This document shows, piece by piece, positions 21,809-31,626 of a DNA stretch of 64,000 nt (positions are counted from its first letter, which is position 1; every line of letters begins with the position of its first letter). Where the stretch lies: the NCBI GenBank assembly GCA_964521865.1, contig CAZFTJ010000001.1, positions 256,715 to 320,714 of the forward strand, given 5' to 3'. The translations under genes and the position numbers were made by a program. The stretch comes from an uncultured Spirochaetota bacterium (lineage in GTDB: Bacteria; Spirochaetota; B62-G9; DRHN01). Below the pieces are notes generated by a model. The model searched no databases and had not been told where the DNA came from. It saw only the letters and a program-made list of their open reading frames with translations.

Positions 21809-22567
21809 TCACATTACGCGTATCTCGCGTACCGAGCTCAGTACAACGTCTGCGTCCTTTTTGAGGTCCTCCGGGCGGGCGACACCGCCGTCGACGACGC
21901 CGACAACCAGGCCGAGGGAGGCGGATTTTGCCATCTGCATGTCGGTGACTGCATCGCCCACAAATGCGGTGCTTCGTCCGTCTACGTTCAGAGCATCGAG
22001 TGTTTTAAGAATCATCTCGGGATGGGGCTTGTTGTTTTCTGTCTTGTCGGCTCCTATGATGAAGTCGAACAGGTCGTATATGCCCGTGTGCTTCAAAATG
22101 TCCGCTGTAATATCCGTCAAATCGGCTGTTGCAAGCGACATGAGGATCCCGCTTTTTTTGAGCCGCTCGAGAACCCCCTTAACCCCGTCAATGAGCTGGG
22201 TGCACCTGCCGCGGTCAAGCTCCTGTTCAGCCTTTTGGGTACTATAGCGGGCTATGTTTTTACCCTCCTGCCATGGAACCCCCATGCGGTACAGAATGGT
22301 CGCGAATACGATCTCGTCCTCCCAGGGCGGCGTATAGGGAAAGGGACCGTACGGGTCGATGTGCTGACCCGATATGCCGTATGTTTGATAAACCGTTTTC
22401 CTGAACTCTTCTTCAGTACAGTTCAGCCTGGTTTCCCGGAGAATGATCTCAATCCGCTTTTCCAGTATGGCAAACCAGGTTTTCCTGAAATCCGTGAGAG
22501 TCCCGTCCTTATCGAAGATAATGAGCTCGGTTTCAAATGGACGGTCGCCGAACAGTATCGTCTTCAT
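21809..22567 (-). CDS. HAD-superfamily hydrolase/phosphatase
   Basis: Motif I IFDKDGTLTD, motif III K, and motif IV VGDAVTDMQMA. Confidence 0.75.
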   Translation of the reverse strand: MKTILFGDRPFETELIIFDKDGTLTDFRKTWFAILEKRIEIILRETRLNCTEEEFRKTVYQTYGISGQHIDPYGPFPYTPPWEDEIVFATILYRMGVPWQEGKNIARYSTQKAEQELDRGRCTQLIDGVKGVLERLKKSGILMSLATADLTDITADILKHTGIYDLFDFIIGADKTENNKPHPEMILKTLDALNVDGRSTAFVGDAVTDMQMAKSASLGLVVGVVDGGVARPEDLKKDADVVLSSVREIRVM

Positions 22568-22571
22568 AGAG

Positions 22572-23276
22572 CTACCACCTGATACCGAAGAATGACGAGA
22601 TTGCTTCTCTGCTCCTGTTTATGACGAGCTCTTCGGGGAACCGCACTTCCCGAAGATACTCCAGAGCGGTTGTGAACCGGCCGACCTCCTCTGCGATATG
22701 GGCATCGGAATTGACGGCGATTCGGGCCCCTTTGACAGCGCATTTTTCAAGGTAGTGGAGCAGTGTTTTTTTCTGCTGCAGTTTGCTGGTATTGAGCTCG
22801 AGCGCAACATTGTTTTGAACGGAGGCTTCGATGACGGCATCGATATCGACGTCGTAGTAGGTGCCGACCGGATGAGTGAACATCCTGATCCGGCCCCTTC
22901 CCATTGCATTCACAATTGCTTCCGTTCTTTCCATGCTGCTGCGTTCGGCGATCCAGGAGTACGGATGAAGACCGGTAATGACGAGCTCGAGATTGGACAG
23001 TACCTCGTCGGGCAGTGTGAGCTCGCCTTTTTTGCTGCTGATGTCATCCTCCACTCCCGTGAAGATTCTTATGGGCAAATGAAGCCCGCCGAACATTCGT
23101 TTGAGCGAGAGAAAGTAGATCGGGTGCGGCCCTCCCTGTATACCCGGGCCGTGATCGGTTATTCCTATACCTTCGAGCCCCTGCCTGCACGCCTCCTCGG
23201 CCATCGACCGCGCCGTGTCGATGCCGTGTCCGCTTGCGAGGGTGTGGGTGTGCAGGTCCGCGATAATCGATAGCAT
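22572..23276 (-). CDS. PHP-domain phosphoesterase (histidinol-phosphatase-like)
   Basis: N-terminal IADLHTHTLASGHG, and later TDHGPG and SDAH metal-binding His/Asp motifs. Confidence 0.75.
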   Translation of the reverse strand: MLSIIADLHTHTLASGHGIDTARSMAEEACRQGLEGIGITDHGPGIQGGPHPIYFLSLKRMFGGLHLPIRIFTGVEDDISSKKGELTLPDEVLSNLELVITGLHPYSWIAERSSMERTEAIVNAMGRGRIRMFTHPVGTYYDVDIDAVIEASVQNNVALELNTSKLQQKKTLLHYLEKCAVKGARIAVNSDAHIAEEVGRFTTALEYLREVRFPEELVINRSREAISSFFGIRW

Positions 23277-23385
23277 AATTCCCCTCTACACTTTTTGTTT
23301 CGGTCAAAGATAAAACGCAAAGATAAAACGTTGCACCGGGTAGGTTACCGGTCGTTGACGACACGGCACCGTACATGCCGTCCGA

Positions 23386-24192
23386 TCAGCCGGCTTCCTC
23401 CTCGATCGGCTCGCCTGCCTGTGCGTTTTTCTTCCAGAGCCTGAAGGCAAACAGAAACGCCAGGCCTCCGGCCACGAATACTGCGCTGAGAACCTGGGCG
23501 CCCCGGAGATTTCCGAGCATGAGGCTGTCCGCCCTGAAAAAACTCACGAAAAACCTGATGACGCCGTAGTTTATCAGGTACATATCGAATATAAAGCCCC
23601 TTTTATAATTGCCCTTCCGAAGCTTCCAGAGGATGAAAAAGGAAATCAGGTTGAGCGCGAGCTCGTAGAGCATAACCGGGTGAAGAGGCTGGCCGGGAAA
23701 CTGCATTCCGGCGGGGCTGTCTTCGGGAAACACGATGCCCCACGGGAGTTTCGTGGGCAGCCCGTGCGCGTCGCCGTTCATGAAATTGCCGATGCGCCCG
23801 AATGCTTGTCCCAGCGCAAGCAGCGGCGCGGTCGCATCGAGCAGGTCGAAGTAGTGCACATTTTTTACGCGTGAAAACAGGTAAATGAACAGCGCACCGC
23901 CCAGTATGCCGCCGTGTATGGCAAGGCCGCCGTGCCATAAAGCGAATATTTCGAGGGGATTGGCTGCGTAAAAATCCTTCCACATGAATATGACGTAGTA
24001 GATCCGCGCCCCTAAAATCCCGCCGACTACGGTCCAGAACACATAGCTGATCACGTCGTCTTTCGTAAGGCCGATTCTTTTTCGATCCACTTCCCTGCGC
24101 AGAAGAAATAATCCGATCACGATTCCGACGACGTACATGAGCCCGTAGTAGCGTATCTCGACGGGTCCTATCTTTACCAGTACCGGATGCAT
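23386..24192 (-). CDS. lgt: Prolipoprotein diacylglyceryl transferase
   Basis: 268 aa polytopic protein with N-terminal YGLMYVVGIVIG and the Lgt signature FGRIGNFMNGDAHG. Confidence 0.8.
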   Translation of the reverse strand: MHPVLVKIGPVEIRYYGLMYVVGIVIGLFLLRREVDRKRIGLTKDDVISYVFWTVVGGILGARIYYVIFMWKDFYAANPLEIFALWHGGLAIHGGILGGALFIYLFSRVKNVHYFDLLDATAPLLALGQAFGRIGNFMNGDAHGLPTKLPWGIVFPEDSPAGMQFPGQPLHPVMLYELALNLISFFILWKLRKGNYKRGFIFDMYLINYGVIRFFVSFFRADSLMLGNLRGAQVLSAVFVAGGLAFLFAFRLWKKNAQAGEPIEEEAG

Positions 24193-24510
24193 ACCTGTAT
24201 GTTCTTTTTGTTCGAGGTCGGTACCTAAAAAACGCCTGCAGGCACCATACGGCTCCTAATATAATTGTGTATCCGTCTTTTAAGAAGTTATTTTATACCT
24301 GCTCGGAATTATACCGGGTTTTCGTACGATATAGGCGATCTCCCGTACGGGATTGCAGGACAGGAGGATTTTTTTAATTTTTTTGTTGTTATATTCGATA
24401 AAGAAAGAGCTCGTCTTGTGTTGAAATTGCCCGACCGAGGCAAGAGTAATCGGGCACACGGCAGAGGGTAGAAGGCAGACGGCGACTTTTACGACCGAAA
24501 CCTCATGCGC

Positions 24511-25701
24511 CTATTTTTTATAGTACGTAAAAAGCTTGTCCATCGCATCGAGCACCGAGTCGACGTCCGTATCGCTCATCTGCTGGTACAGGGGGAGGGT
24601 GACCTCCTGAAGGTATGTGCGGTAGGAAACGGGAAAATCGTCGGGTCGAAACCCGAAGGCTTTTTTGTAATGGCTCATGATGTGCACGGGTATGAAGTGC
24701 ACGTTGGATGCTATGTTCTCCTTCCCCAGAGCGCCGATAAACGTATCCCTGTCGATTGAAAGCCGTGAAAAGTCGATGCAGACTGGATAGATGTGCCACG
24801 CGTGGACGGTTCCCGGTTCCTCCTCGGGAGCGCGCACAAAATCAAACTGCTCTAAAAACGACCTGTACCTTTCCGCAATGTCTTTTCTCCGTTTCCTGTT
24901 GTTGTCCAGGCGCCTGAGCTGACAGAGCCCGATTGCAGCCTGAATGTCGGTCATGTTGAATTTATACCCGGGCGCCAAGATATCGTATTTCCAGTTGCCG
25001 ATTTTCAGCTTTTCATACGCATCCTTGGTCTGGCCGTGCAGAGAATAGAGCTTCAGCATTTTTATGAGCTCTGCGTCGTCAGAAAGCACCGCGCCGCCCT
25101 CGGCGGTTGTGAGGTTTTTGACCGCATGAAAGGAGAACACGGCAGGGTTTTCACCGCTTCCGATCTTGCGACCGTGGTACGAGGCGCCTATGGCATGAGC
25201 CGCATCCTCGATTATAGAGATGCGGGTTCCTGCAATACTGGCCCGGATGGCGTCCATTCGGGCGGGTGCACCTGCAAAGTGGACGGGTATAATCGCCTTC
25301 GTTTTTGGGGTGATCTTTTTTTCTATCTCATGGGGTGATATGTTGAACGTTTTTTCTTCGATGTCCGCCAGAATCGGGTTCGCCCCGGTGTGGAGGATGA
25401 CGTTCACCGTGGCTGCAAAGGTGTAGGGTGTTGTAATGACTTCATCGCCCGGGCCGACTGTGCAGAGTTTCAGGGAAAGGAAGAGCCCTGCTGTTGCCGA
25501 TGAGAGCACGGCACACGCACCTGCCCCTGTGTAGGAGGAGAGCGCCTTTTCGAATTCATCGCATTTTCCGCCCCTTGTAATCCACCCCGATTCGAGAACA
25601 GAGGTCACTTCTTCGATCTCTTCTTTTTGTATGTCCGGGGGTGAAAATGAAAGCAGGCTCTCCCGTACCGGTGCGCCGCCTTTAATTGCGGGTTTCAACA
25701 T
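24511..25701 (-). CDS. DegT/DnrJ/EryC1/StrS-family PLP-dependent sugar aminotransferase (ArnB/perosamine-synthase-like)
   Basis: 396 aa. It has the fold-type I pattern and the DegT-typical N-terminus (PVRESLLSFSPPDIQKEEIEEVTSVLESGWIT) and HAVKNLTTAEGG. Confidence 0.8.
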   Translation of the reverse strand: MLKPAIKGGAPVRESLLSFSPPDIQKEEIEEVTSVLESGWITRGGKCDEFEKALSSYTGAGACAVLSSATAGLFLSLKLCTVGPGDEVITTPYTFAATVNVILHTGANPILADIEEKTFNISPHEIEKKITPKTKAIIPVHFAGAPARMDAIRASIAGTRISIIEDAAHAIGASYHGRKIGSGENPAVFSFHAVKNLTTAEGGAVLSDDAELIKMLKLYSLHGQTKDAYEKLKIGNWKYDILAPGYKFNMTDIQAAIGLCQLRRLDNNRKRRKDIAERYRSFLEQFDFVRAPEEEPGTVHAWHIYPVCIDFSRLSIDRDTFIGALGKENIASNVHFIPVHIMSHYKKAFGFRPDDFPVSYRTYLQEVTLPLYQQMSDTDVDSVLDAMDKLFTYYKK

Positions 25702-25799
25702 CGCCGTTTTCCGCTCATAGACCGGTAAATTTCTTTTTTTATCGTATGACCTGTGTTACAATTATCGGAAAAAGTCTGAATAGATGAAAGGGGACGGCA

Positions 25800-26927
25800 A
25801 TGGGAATCATAAAGACACTGGACGGGCAGCCGAGCTACACACTTTCGAACGATGCGGTCGGCGCAGCGGTAACGGTACAGGGCGGGCATCTCACAGCCTC
25901 ATTCAGAGCGGGAAACAGAGAAATCAATCCGTTCTTTGTCGCGCCCTGGTGGCGCGAGCAAAAATACGACGTGGAGGAGATTCTCGGCGTTTTGAGAGGG
26001 GATTTTTTCTGTTTTCCTTTCGGCGGCGGGGAGGACCCCTATACGAAAACCGCCTATCCGACGCACGGCGATACGGCATGCGGAGACTGGGATTTTGTCG
26101 ATCTTGTCGGAAAAAGCGATGAATGGACACTCACCCTCAGACAGGACCTGCGGCAGGAAGGTGCTGAAATAAAGAAGCTCATCGGGCTCAAAACGGGCGA
26201 GCCGGTTATATACATCGATCATGTCATCGAAGGTTTTACCGGAAAGATGCCGCTGGGGAATCATCCCACCCTGAAACTTCCGGACAGGGAGTGGTCGGGC
26301 ATAATAGATATCTCGAAGCCTGTAACGGGTTTTACACCGACCAGGTATTTCGAAGAGGCGAAATCGGGCGGCTATATACGAATGAAACCCAACTCGGAGA
26401 TAAGGGACATGAAAAAGGTTCCCTGCCTCGACGGGAGTACGATCGACGTTACCCGGTACCCGGCGCCGTCCGGATACGAGGACCTGCTCATGTTCATCAG
26501 CGACCCCGCGCTCGATTTTGCATTCAGCGCGGTTTCCGTTCCGGATGAAGGGTCTCTCTATTTTCAGCTGAAGGATCCGAAGCTGCTCGCACAGACGGTA
26601 TTCTGGATGTCCAACGGCGGGCGGCACTACCCTCCCTGGAACGGACGCTGCAGATCGGTTCTCGGCATCGAGGAAGTGACCTCATTCTTTCACTACGGAA
26701 TAAAAGAAAGCGTTGAGAAAAACCTCTTTACAGAGCGGGGGTTTAAAACTGCTGTCGACCTGCATGCGGATACGCCTTCGCATTTCAAGCTCATAATGGG
26801 CCTTGTGCCGGTACAGAAAGATTTCAAGGGCGTGTCGAATATTGTGAAGAAGGACGATCTGCACATAACCATAGAGGGGAGAGGCGGTGAAAAGATCGAT
26901 GTCGGATGCAGGGTTGATTTTCTGTAG
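25800..26927 (+). CDS. Hypothetical protein (possibly DUF4432/aldose-epimerase-like beta-sandwich)
   Basis: 375-aa ORF with coding-like composition, divergent from the degT-like gene. I can assign no catalytic motif with confidence. Confidence 0.35.
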   Translation: MGIIKTLDGQPSYTLSNDAVGAAVTVQGGHLTASFRAGNREINPFFVAPWWREQKYDVEEILGVLRGDFFCFPFGGGEDPYTKTAYPTHGDTACGDWDFVDLVGKSDEWTLTLRQDLRQEGAEIKKLIGLKTGEPVIYIDHVIEGFTGKMPLGNHPTLKLPDREWSGIIDISKPVTGFTPTRYFEEAKSGGYIRMKPNSEIRDMKKVPCLDGSTIDVTRYPAPSGYEDLLMFISDPALDFAFSAVSVPDEGSLYFQLKDPKLLAQTVFWMSNGGRHYPPWNGRCRSVLGIEEVTSFFHYGIKESVEKNLFTERGFKTAVDLHADTPSHFKLIMGLVPVQKDFKGVSNIVKKDDLHITIEGRGGEKIDVGCRVDFL

Positions 26928-27207
26928 ATTTTCTGCAGCCGTCTGCCGGATTTATTTCAGTTTTTTTATAATACGCCGAAAATCAATGAGAAGCATATCC
27001 TGGTAGAAATGTTATGCGGACGACGTGCGTCCGGATAATACCGTCGTTGGATGCTCGTGGAATTGTTGCAAACCGTGTGGTATGAATATCGTTCAGGCGG
27101 ATACAACCGAGGTTAAAACCCCGGCTTAAAAGCCTCTGGTGTGAGGCAGAGAACATGCCTCCTTGCGGCGGCGGTAGAGAGATTACGGCAAAAGGTGTCC
27201 TGGTGAA

Positions 27208-27933
27208 ATGTTTTTAATTATCGTGCTCGGTCTCGTATTCCTGGTGGGTGTTTCATTGTTCGTTGCTGTGGTGGGGACGTCGCTTCTTAAACGACATGCG
27301 GTGAGAATTCCGAGTCCTTCCGAAACAGTTCCGCCGGAAACCGATTACGGCGGTCGGTTTGAAGCGGGTTTTCAGGAGCAGGTCGGGGAGGAAAAGAAGG
27401 AGGCGCCCGTTTCATCGGCAATGCCGCCGGTTCCGGGGCCGATCCGTCCCCCTTTTCCGCAAAGAAGGGTACCGTCGGGAGGCGGCGGCAGATGGATACC
27501 GATCACAATACTCATTGTCGTGATTCTCGTTTCGTTTGCCCTGTACGGAACGAGGGGCATGCGGGGCGCCGGAAGGGCGTACCGGCTGTATTTCTGTGAG
27601 GATGTCGATTTCACGAGGCTCAGGCCGATACATAAATCGGATACTTTTACAAGAGGCAACGTGACGCTTTTTCTAAAGGCAAAAGAGCCGCTCGACATCA
27701 AAGAGGCGCGTGTTGTAGTGTACAGGCTCGATACCCGGCAGGTGGAACCGTACGCCTCGAAACAGATCCCCCTGCGGCCCGAGTGGACCGCGTTCTCCAT
27801 GAAGATGCTTTTCGACACTATCGGATCGTACAGTGTGAATGTGTACGGCCCTGAAGAAGTGCTGATGGCCCAGAAGAATATAAAGATAGTTCCCGATTCT
27901 TTTGCTTACAAACCCGTTCCTGCGGTTCAATAA
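27208..27933 (+). CDS. Hypothetical membrane-anchored Pro-rich protein
   Basis: An N-terminal TM helix (MFLIIVLGLVFLVGVSLFVAVVG), a proline-rich linker and a second TM, followed by a ~110 aa domain. Confidence 0.4.
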   Translation: MFLIIVLGLVFLVGVSLFVAVVGTSLLKRHAVRIPSPSETVPPETDYGGRFEAGFQEQVGEEKKEAPVSSAMPPVPGPIRPPFPQRRVPSGGGGRWIPITILIVVILVSFALYGTRGMRGAGRAYRLYFCEDVDFTRLRPIHKSDTFTRGNVTLFLKAKEPLDIKEARVVVYRLDTRQVEPYASKQIPLRPEWTAFSMKMLFDTIGSYSVNVYGPEEVLMAQKNIKIVPDSFAYKPVPAVQ

Positions 27934-28092
27934 CTTCCCGAACAATCGCCTGCAGCATACCGGGCCCTGCGGGTACGCTCGCCTTTTTTGCCGACGACAG
28001 GTAATCCTCACCGCACTGTATATTCGATACAGAATGTGCGACGGCATGGCGATTTTCGGCAGGCCGCTCGTTTTTATGCGTATCTTCTCGGC

Positions 28093-28812
28093 CTATCTGC
28101 CGGGGATGTCGAGGAGTGACATTTCGTAGTCGAATCTGTCGATCATCATGCTTTGCCCGAGGGGGTCTTTAATATATTTGCCGTCAACGATGAACTGGTA
28201 GGCGTAGAGACCGGGCGGAATATCCACTTCAATTTCCCAGTATCCGCTTTTGTCTTTCTTCATCGGCAGCGAGTAGGGGTTCCAGTTGTTGAAGTCGCCG
28301 ATAAGGTTGACCTTTTTTGCAGCACTGTTCTTATAATAAAAAACATAGACGTTCTCTTTCAGACGAACCGGGTTGTAGTCCACAAGAACTATCGGCTTTT
28401 TTACTTCAAAGAAGGAGAGCTTTGTGCCTCTTGCATCGTATACGGTACCGGGACTATTGGGATCGTTCATCCATATGCCGTCGACGAGGAACCTGTAGCG
28501 GTATTTTCCTTCATTCAGGAGAATGCTCCTTTTTCCCGGTTTATTATAGACAAAGAAAAATACGTCGTAATGATTTCGGGTCATTAAATGGAGGTCCTGC
28601 CAGTTATCGAAATCCCCGCTTACTATGACGTATTTCGGGATTTGTTTCTGCGGCTGGTATGTAAATACGATTCCCTGATCGGTGACTTTGGGAGGCCCGG
28701 CCTGCTTGAGATATGAAACATCCTCGGCATATACCGGGAAGCCGGAGAAAACAAACAGGGAGAGCATAAAAAAAATCGCAGCAGGAATGAATATAAGACC
28801 GATATTTTTCAT
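28093..28812 (-). CDS. Secreted protein with two CBM48/AMPK-beta glycogen-binding-like (E-set) repeats
   Basis: Signal peptide MKNIGLIFIPAAIFFMLSLFVFSGFPVYA. Two repeats of the pattern GDFxNWxxxxxM…YxxxFxVDGxxxxDP (GDFDNWQDLHLM…YRFLVDGIWMNDP and GDFNNWNPYSLPM…YAYQFIVDGKYIKDP). Confidence 0.6.
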   Translation of the reverse strand: MKNIGLIFIPAAIFFMLSLFVFSGFPVYAEDVSYLKQAGPPKVTDQGIVFTYQPQKQIPKYVIVSGDFDNWQDLHLMTRNHYDVFFFVYNKPGKRSILLNEGKYRYRFLVDGIWMNDPNSPGTVYDARGTKLSFFEVKKPIVLVDYNPVRLKENVYVFYYKNSAAKKVNLIGDFNNWNPYSLPMKKDKSGYWEIEVDIPPGLYAYQFIVDGKYIKDPLGQSMMIDRFDYEMSLLDIPGR

Positions 28813-28959
28813 TTTTTATCGAGACGGAAAAAGACCTTCAATTCTCTTTCATTATCGAATCATTTTCAAACCTTCTTTATGGTTTTACTTGTTAAAATTC
28901 CGGTTCATCCGCACGTCGGCCGGCTGAACTGAGTGTTTGACATGGGCTCCCGTGAGGGG

Positions 28960-29075
28960 AGATCCCGGGAATGAAGCTCCCATGAATAGAGGTCCTGGGA
29001 ATGAAGCTTCCGGGAATGGGGCTCTCTGGAATGAAGCTCCTCGGAATGAGGCTCCCGGCCAGTGGCAATCGACCT
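28960..29075. repeat. Imperfect short direct repeats GGAATGARGCTCC (5 copies) in an intergenic region
   Basis: cccgggaatgaagctcc, cctgggaatgaagcttcc, gggaatggggctctc, ggaatgaagctcctc and ggaatgaggctcccgg, located between the CBM48-like gene start and the ssb 3' end. Confidence 0.6.
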
Positions 29076-29213
29076 GTTTTCGATCGATGCGTTCACGCAC
29101 CGTACGTGAATTCCTTGTAAAACCGGACGGCCGCAGCCGAATGCCCTGCACAAAAAACGGGGGTCTATTCAGCCGTAGCGGCCGCTGACTGTGCCCGCTT
29201 CATACACGGGATG

Positions 29214-29264
29214 GGTAAAAACGGTTCGACCGGTCGAAGCAGGCCTTTGCGCGGCCTGCTTTTC
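29214..29264 (-). terminator. Putative rho-independent terminator downstream of ssb (two adjacent hairpins plus T-tract on the minus strand)
   Basis: Perfect palindrome ttcgaccggtcgaa (29225-29238) preceded on the plus strand by gtaaaaac, which gives a T-run on the minus strand. A second 9-bp stem aagcaggcc/ggcctgctt lies at 29237-29261. Confidence 0.4.
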
Positions 29265-29285
29265 CCGTTGAAAGCCCTGCCGGCC

Positions 29286-29663
29286 TCAAAAGAGAGTGTC
29301 GTCATCCGATGTATGCGAGCCTTCCCCTTCCTGTTCCTTGAAATCCAGAAACTGCACCTGGCTGCCGATTACGTCGATTTTTGAGTGGTTGATTCCCGAT
29401 TCGTCCTGCCAGCGATTGTGCCTGAGCCGTCCGTTTACAATGACGCGCCTGCCCTTGCTGAGATGCTCGTTGCAGAGCTCCGCAAGCTTCGACCAGGTGG
29501 TGACGTCAAAGAAGTTCACCTCCTTCTGCAGCTCTTCATCCTTGTAGTGGTCGTAGTTGCTGGCAATGGAAAATCTGCACAGCGCCGTGCCGCCTTGAGT
29601 GTACCGAATCTCAGGATCGGCAACGAGCCTTCCTTCCAGTACCGCCAGGTTGAAATTTCTCAT
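29286..29663 (-). CDS. ssb: Single-stranded DNA-binding protein
   Basis: OB-fold N-terminus MRNFNLAVLEGRLVADPEIRYTQGG and an acidic C-terminal tail DDDTLF. The start is re-assigned to the internal ATG at 29663, preceded by a perfect AAGGAGG RBS; the track ORF extends to 29735. Confidence 0.85.
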   Translation of the reverse strand: MRNFNLAVLEGRLVADPEIRYTQGGTALCRFSIASNYDHYKDEELQKEVNFFDVTTWSKLAELCNEHLSKGRRVIVNGRLRHNRWQDESGINHSKIDVIGSQVQFLDFKEQEGEGSHTSDDDTLF

Positions 29664-29846
29664 GCTAGATGCCTCCTTATCGAAAAGTGTTCTATTAATA
29701 TTGAACAACGAAAGGAGGTTTTTTATTTCAAACATTCAATGGTAAGGCTCAGAAGGGTGTTCGATGTAGATTTTTCAATCGCAAGCATGTTCCAACCTGT
29801 GGCTCATAAAGATTCGACGCCTTCATTGCTACGCTATGAAGGTTTT

Positions 29847-30752
29847 TCAATCGGGAGCATTTTCCAGCAGCGCTATAGCCCCGACATCGACGCCGAGATC
29901 GCGGGCAATAACCGAGCATTTCGCCTTCAGGAGAAAGAATGTGTGGTAGGGCTCTTCCGAGAGGGTTTCGTAGTTGCCCTGACCTTTCGCAATGATGACA
30001 TCGGCGTCTGCAAGCTCTTTTTGGAATTCCGCACTGCACTCGGCAACAATCGTGCCAGGCGCATCGCTCCCATTGTGGATTACACGGACGATGTCCGTCA
30101 AGCCCGCTTCGCGTGCGTCGTGCATGGTTGCATCGTTTAAAATGTGACCGCCCTTTACCGCGAACACGACTTTTTTTTGAAAATCGGGCATCTCCTCGAT
30201 GAGTACCCTGTCGAACACGATCTCCCCTGCATTATCCGCGATATAGAGAATCCGAGACGCTTTTTCGACGGCCTGCCTGAAGCCTGCGAGATGATTGATT
30301 CTGAAGGGGGTGTAAAGCGTGTCCTTTATTATTTTATCCATATGGATGACATCGCTGTTTTTACTAACACCGAAGTCGATGTTGTTCCCCGCGATTGCGA
30401 GGCGAACCGCAGTTTCAAAACGGTCCCGAGCATCGGCGACAAGTTTTTTCATTAAAGGATAGTATTCAAGCGCCTTCCTGTTGTAGAGCGCCTTGAGCTC
30501 CTTATAGGGGTCGACATCACCCGCCATTTTTCTCACGATTCTGTGGATCACCACACCAGCATAGGGAGGGGTTTTATCGAATGGAAGCCGGGCGATCTCT
30601 TTGAGAGCGGCTCGAATTATCTTCTCTCTCAATTCAGGGTCTTCGGCCGCCATTTCGGATGCCTCAACAGCTTGACGGGCAAAGCACGGAATGCAGCCTG
30701 TATATATTTTCATCGGTATTTTCCTGGTATTTCCCTTCGGATGGTGGCTCAA
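29847..30752 (-). CDS. DUF89 (ARMT1-like) damage-control phosphatase family protein
   Basis: Signature motifs ADNAGEIVFD (DNxGExxxD), IAGNNIDFG (GNxxD) and IAKGQGNYE (KGxxNYE); 301 aa. Confidence 0.7.
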   Translation of the reverse strand: MSHHPKGNTRKIPMKIYTGCIPCFARQAVEASEMAAEDPELREKIIRAALKEIARLPFDKTPPYAGVVIHRIVRKMAGDVDPYKELKALYNRKALEYYPLMKKLVADARDRFETAVRLAIAGNNIDFGVSKNSDVIHMDKIIKDTLYTPFRINHLAGFRQAVEKASRILYIADNAGEIVFDRVLIEEMPDFQKKVVFAVKGGHILNDATMHDAREAGLTDIVRVIHNGSDAPGTIVAECSAEFQKELADADVIIAKGQGNYETLSEEPYHTFFLLKAKCSVIARDLGVDVGAIALLENAPD

Positions 30753-30917
30753 ACATAGCAGGCATCAGTAAATCCGACAAATGAAATCGTGTGTATATAG
30801 ATGTGATAGGCTGATGATGTAAGGAGCATGCTTTGATTTATAGAGATGATAGAAAAAAGAACATGCGAATCCTTACACATATGGCTTTGGAGCAAAAGTA
30901 AAGAATCATAAGTTTAC

Positions 30918-31291
30918 TTATTTATTTAAATGCCTAATTTTATGATTGACAAATTCCAGAAATTCCCTCAACGCTTTAACTGGATCATTAGAAATTTCAC
31001 TTTCAATTACTTTCTCCTCAGAACCATTATGGAAATGTTTTGGAAATGTTTTTACTGTCTCCCATTTCTTATGACTAATGTTATCGTGTCGATATATGGT
31101 GTCATCGAACATTTTTCTTTCCCAATGGAAGCTGTACCTATTTTTGAGCGTAAGGGAAAACCATAATCAATAAAACTTCCTTCTTTCAGGATAATTCGTA
31201 ATTGATTAATTTCAGTAAGAATGACAATATCTACAATACTGCTAAATTCAATTTCGGCAATGTCCTTTAATGCCAAAATATCAACTGTCAA
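30918..31291 (-). CDS. Hypothetical small protein(s), possibly one frameshifted gene (ORFs 31052..31291 and 30918..31112 overlap), AT-rich islet
   Basis: Two overlapping small ORFs in different frames in a ~30% GC segment. The 5' ORF start (31291) overlaps the stop of the upstream 112-aa ORF in an ATGA arrangement. Confidence 0.3.
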
Positions 31292-31626
31292 TTTATTCCC
31301 TTTAAAAACTTTTCAATTTGTACTTTCTTGAATTCAAGGTGGTCAAGTCTTTGAAAATCTTTCCAGGAATCTTTTTCTTCTAAAAGTCCTTTTTGATAGA
31401 GTTTTTCGAATTCGAGTGTTGAGCTTACATTATATTTACTTTTAATCTCGAATATTTTTAATTTTATTTCTTTCAGTTTCTTATCGAGAAAGGAACTTAA
31501 ACTCTCTCTGAGGATTTCATTTTTAGAGATACCAAGAGTTTTTGATAAAGAGTCTATCGTATCATCTTCGATAGAATATTTTGTATGCGAATCCATGATC
31601 GCCTCCTCTTGATGATACTCATACAT
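31288..31626 (-). CDS. Hypothetical 112-aa protein (AT-rich islet, candidate antitoxin/regulator)
   Basis: Charged, helical and K/E-rich; coupled by stop/start overlap to the downstream small ORF. Confidence 0.35.
   Translation of the reverse strand: MYEYHQEEAIMDSHTKYSIEDDTIDSLSKTLGISKNEILRESLSSFLDKKLKEIKLKIFEIKSKYNVSSTLEFEKLYQKGLLEEKDSWKDFQRLDHLEFKKVQIEKFLKGIN

Noticed and set aside
25899-26627. 242-aa minus-strand ORF
   Set aside because: Antisense to the 375-aa plus-strand ORF 25800..26927, which has better coding composition and is divergently arranged from degT. Treated as an artefact.
28153-28628. Plus-strand ORFs (144 and 103 aa) overlapping the CBM48-like gene
   Set aside because: Antisense to the minus-strand ORF, which has a clear signal peptide and two well-formed domain repeats. 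No motifs or RBS.
29215-29245. tRNA-like T-loop string GGTTCGACC
   Set aside because: No acceptor, D or anticodon arms can be formed. The sequence is part of a perfect palindrome, ttcgaccggtcgaa, and is better explained as the ssb terminator hairpin.
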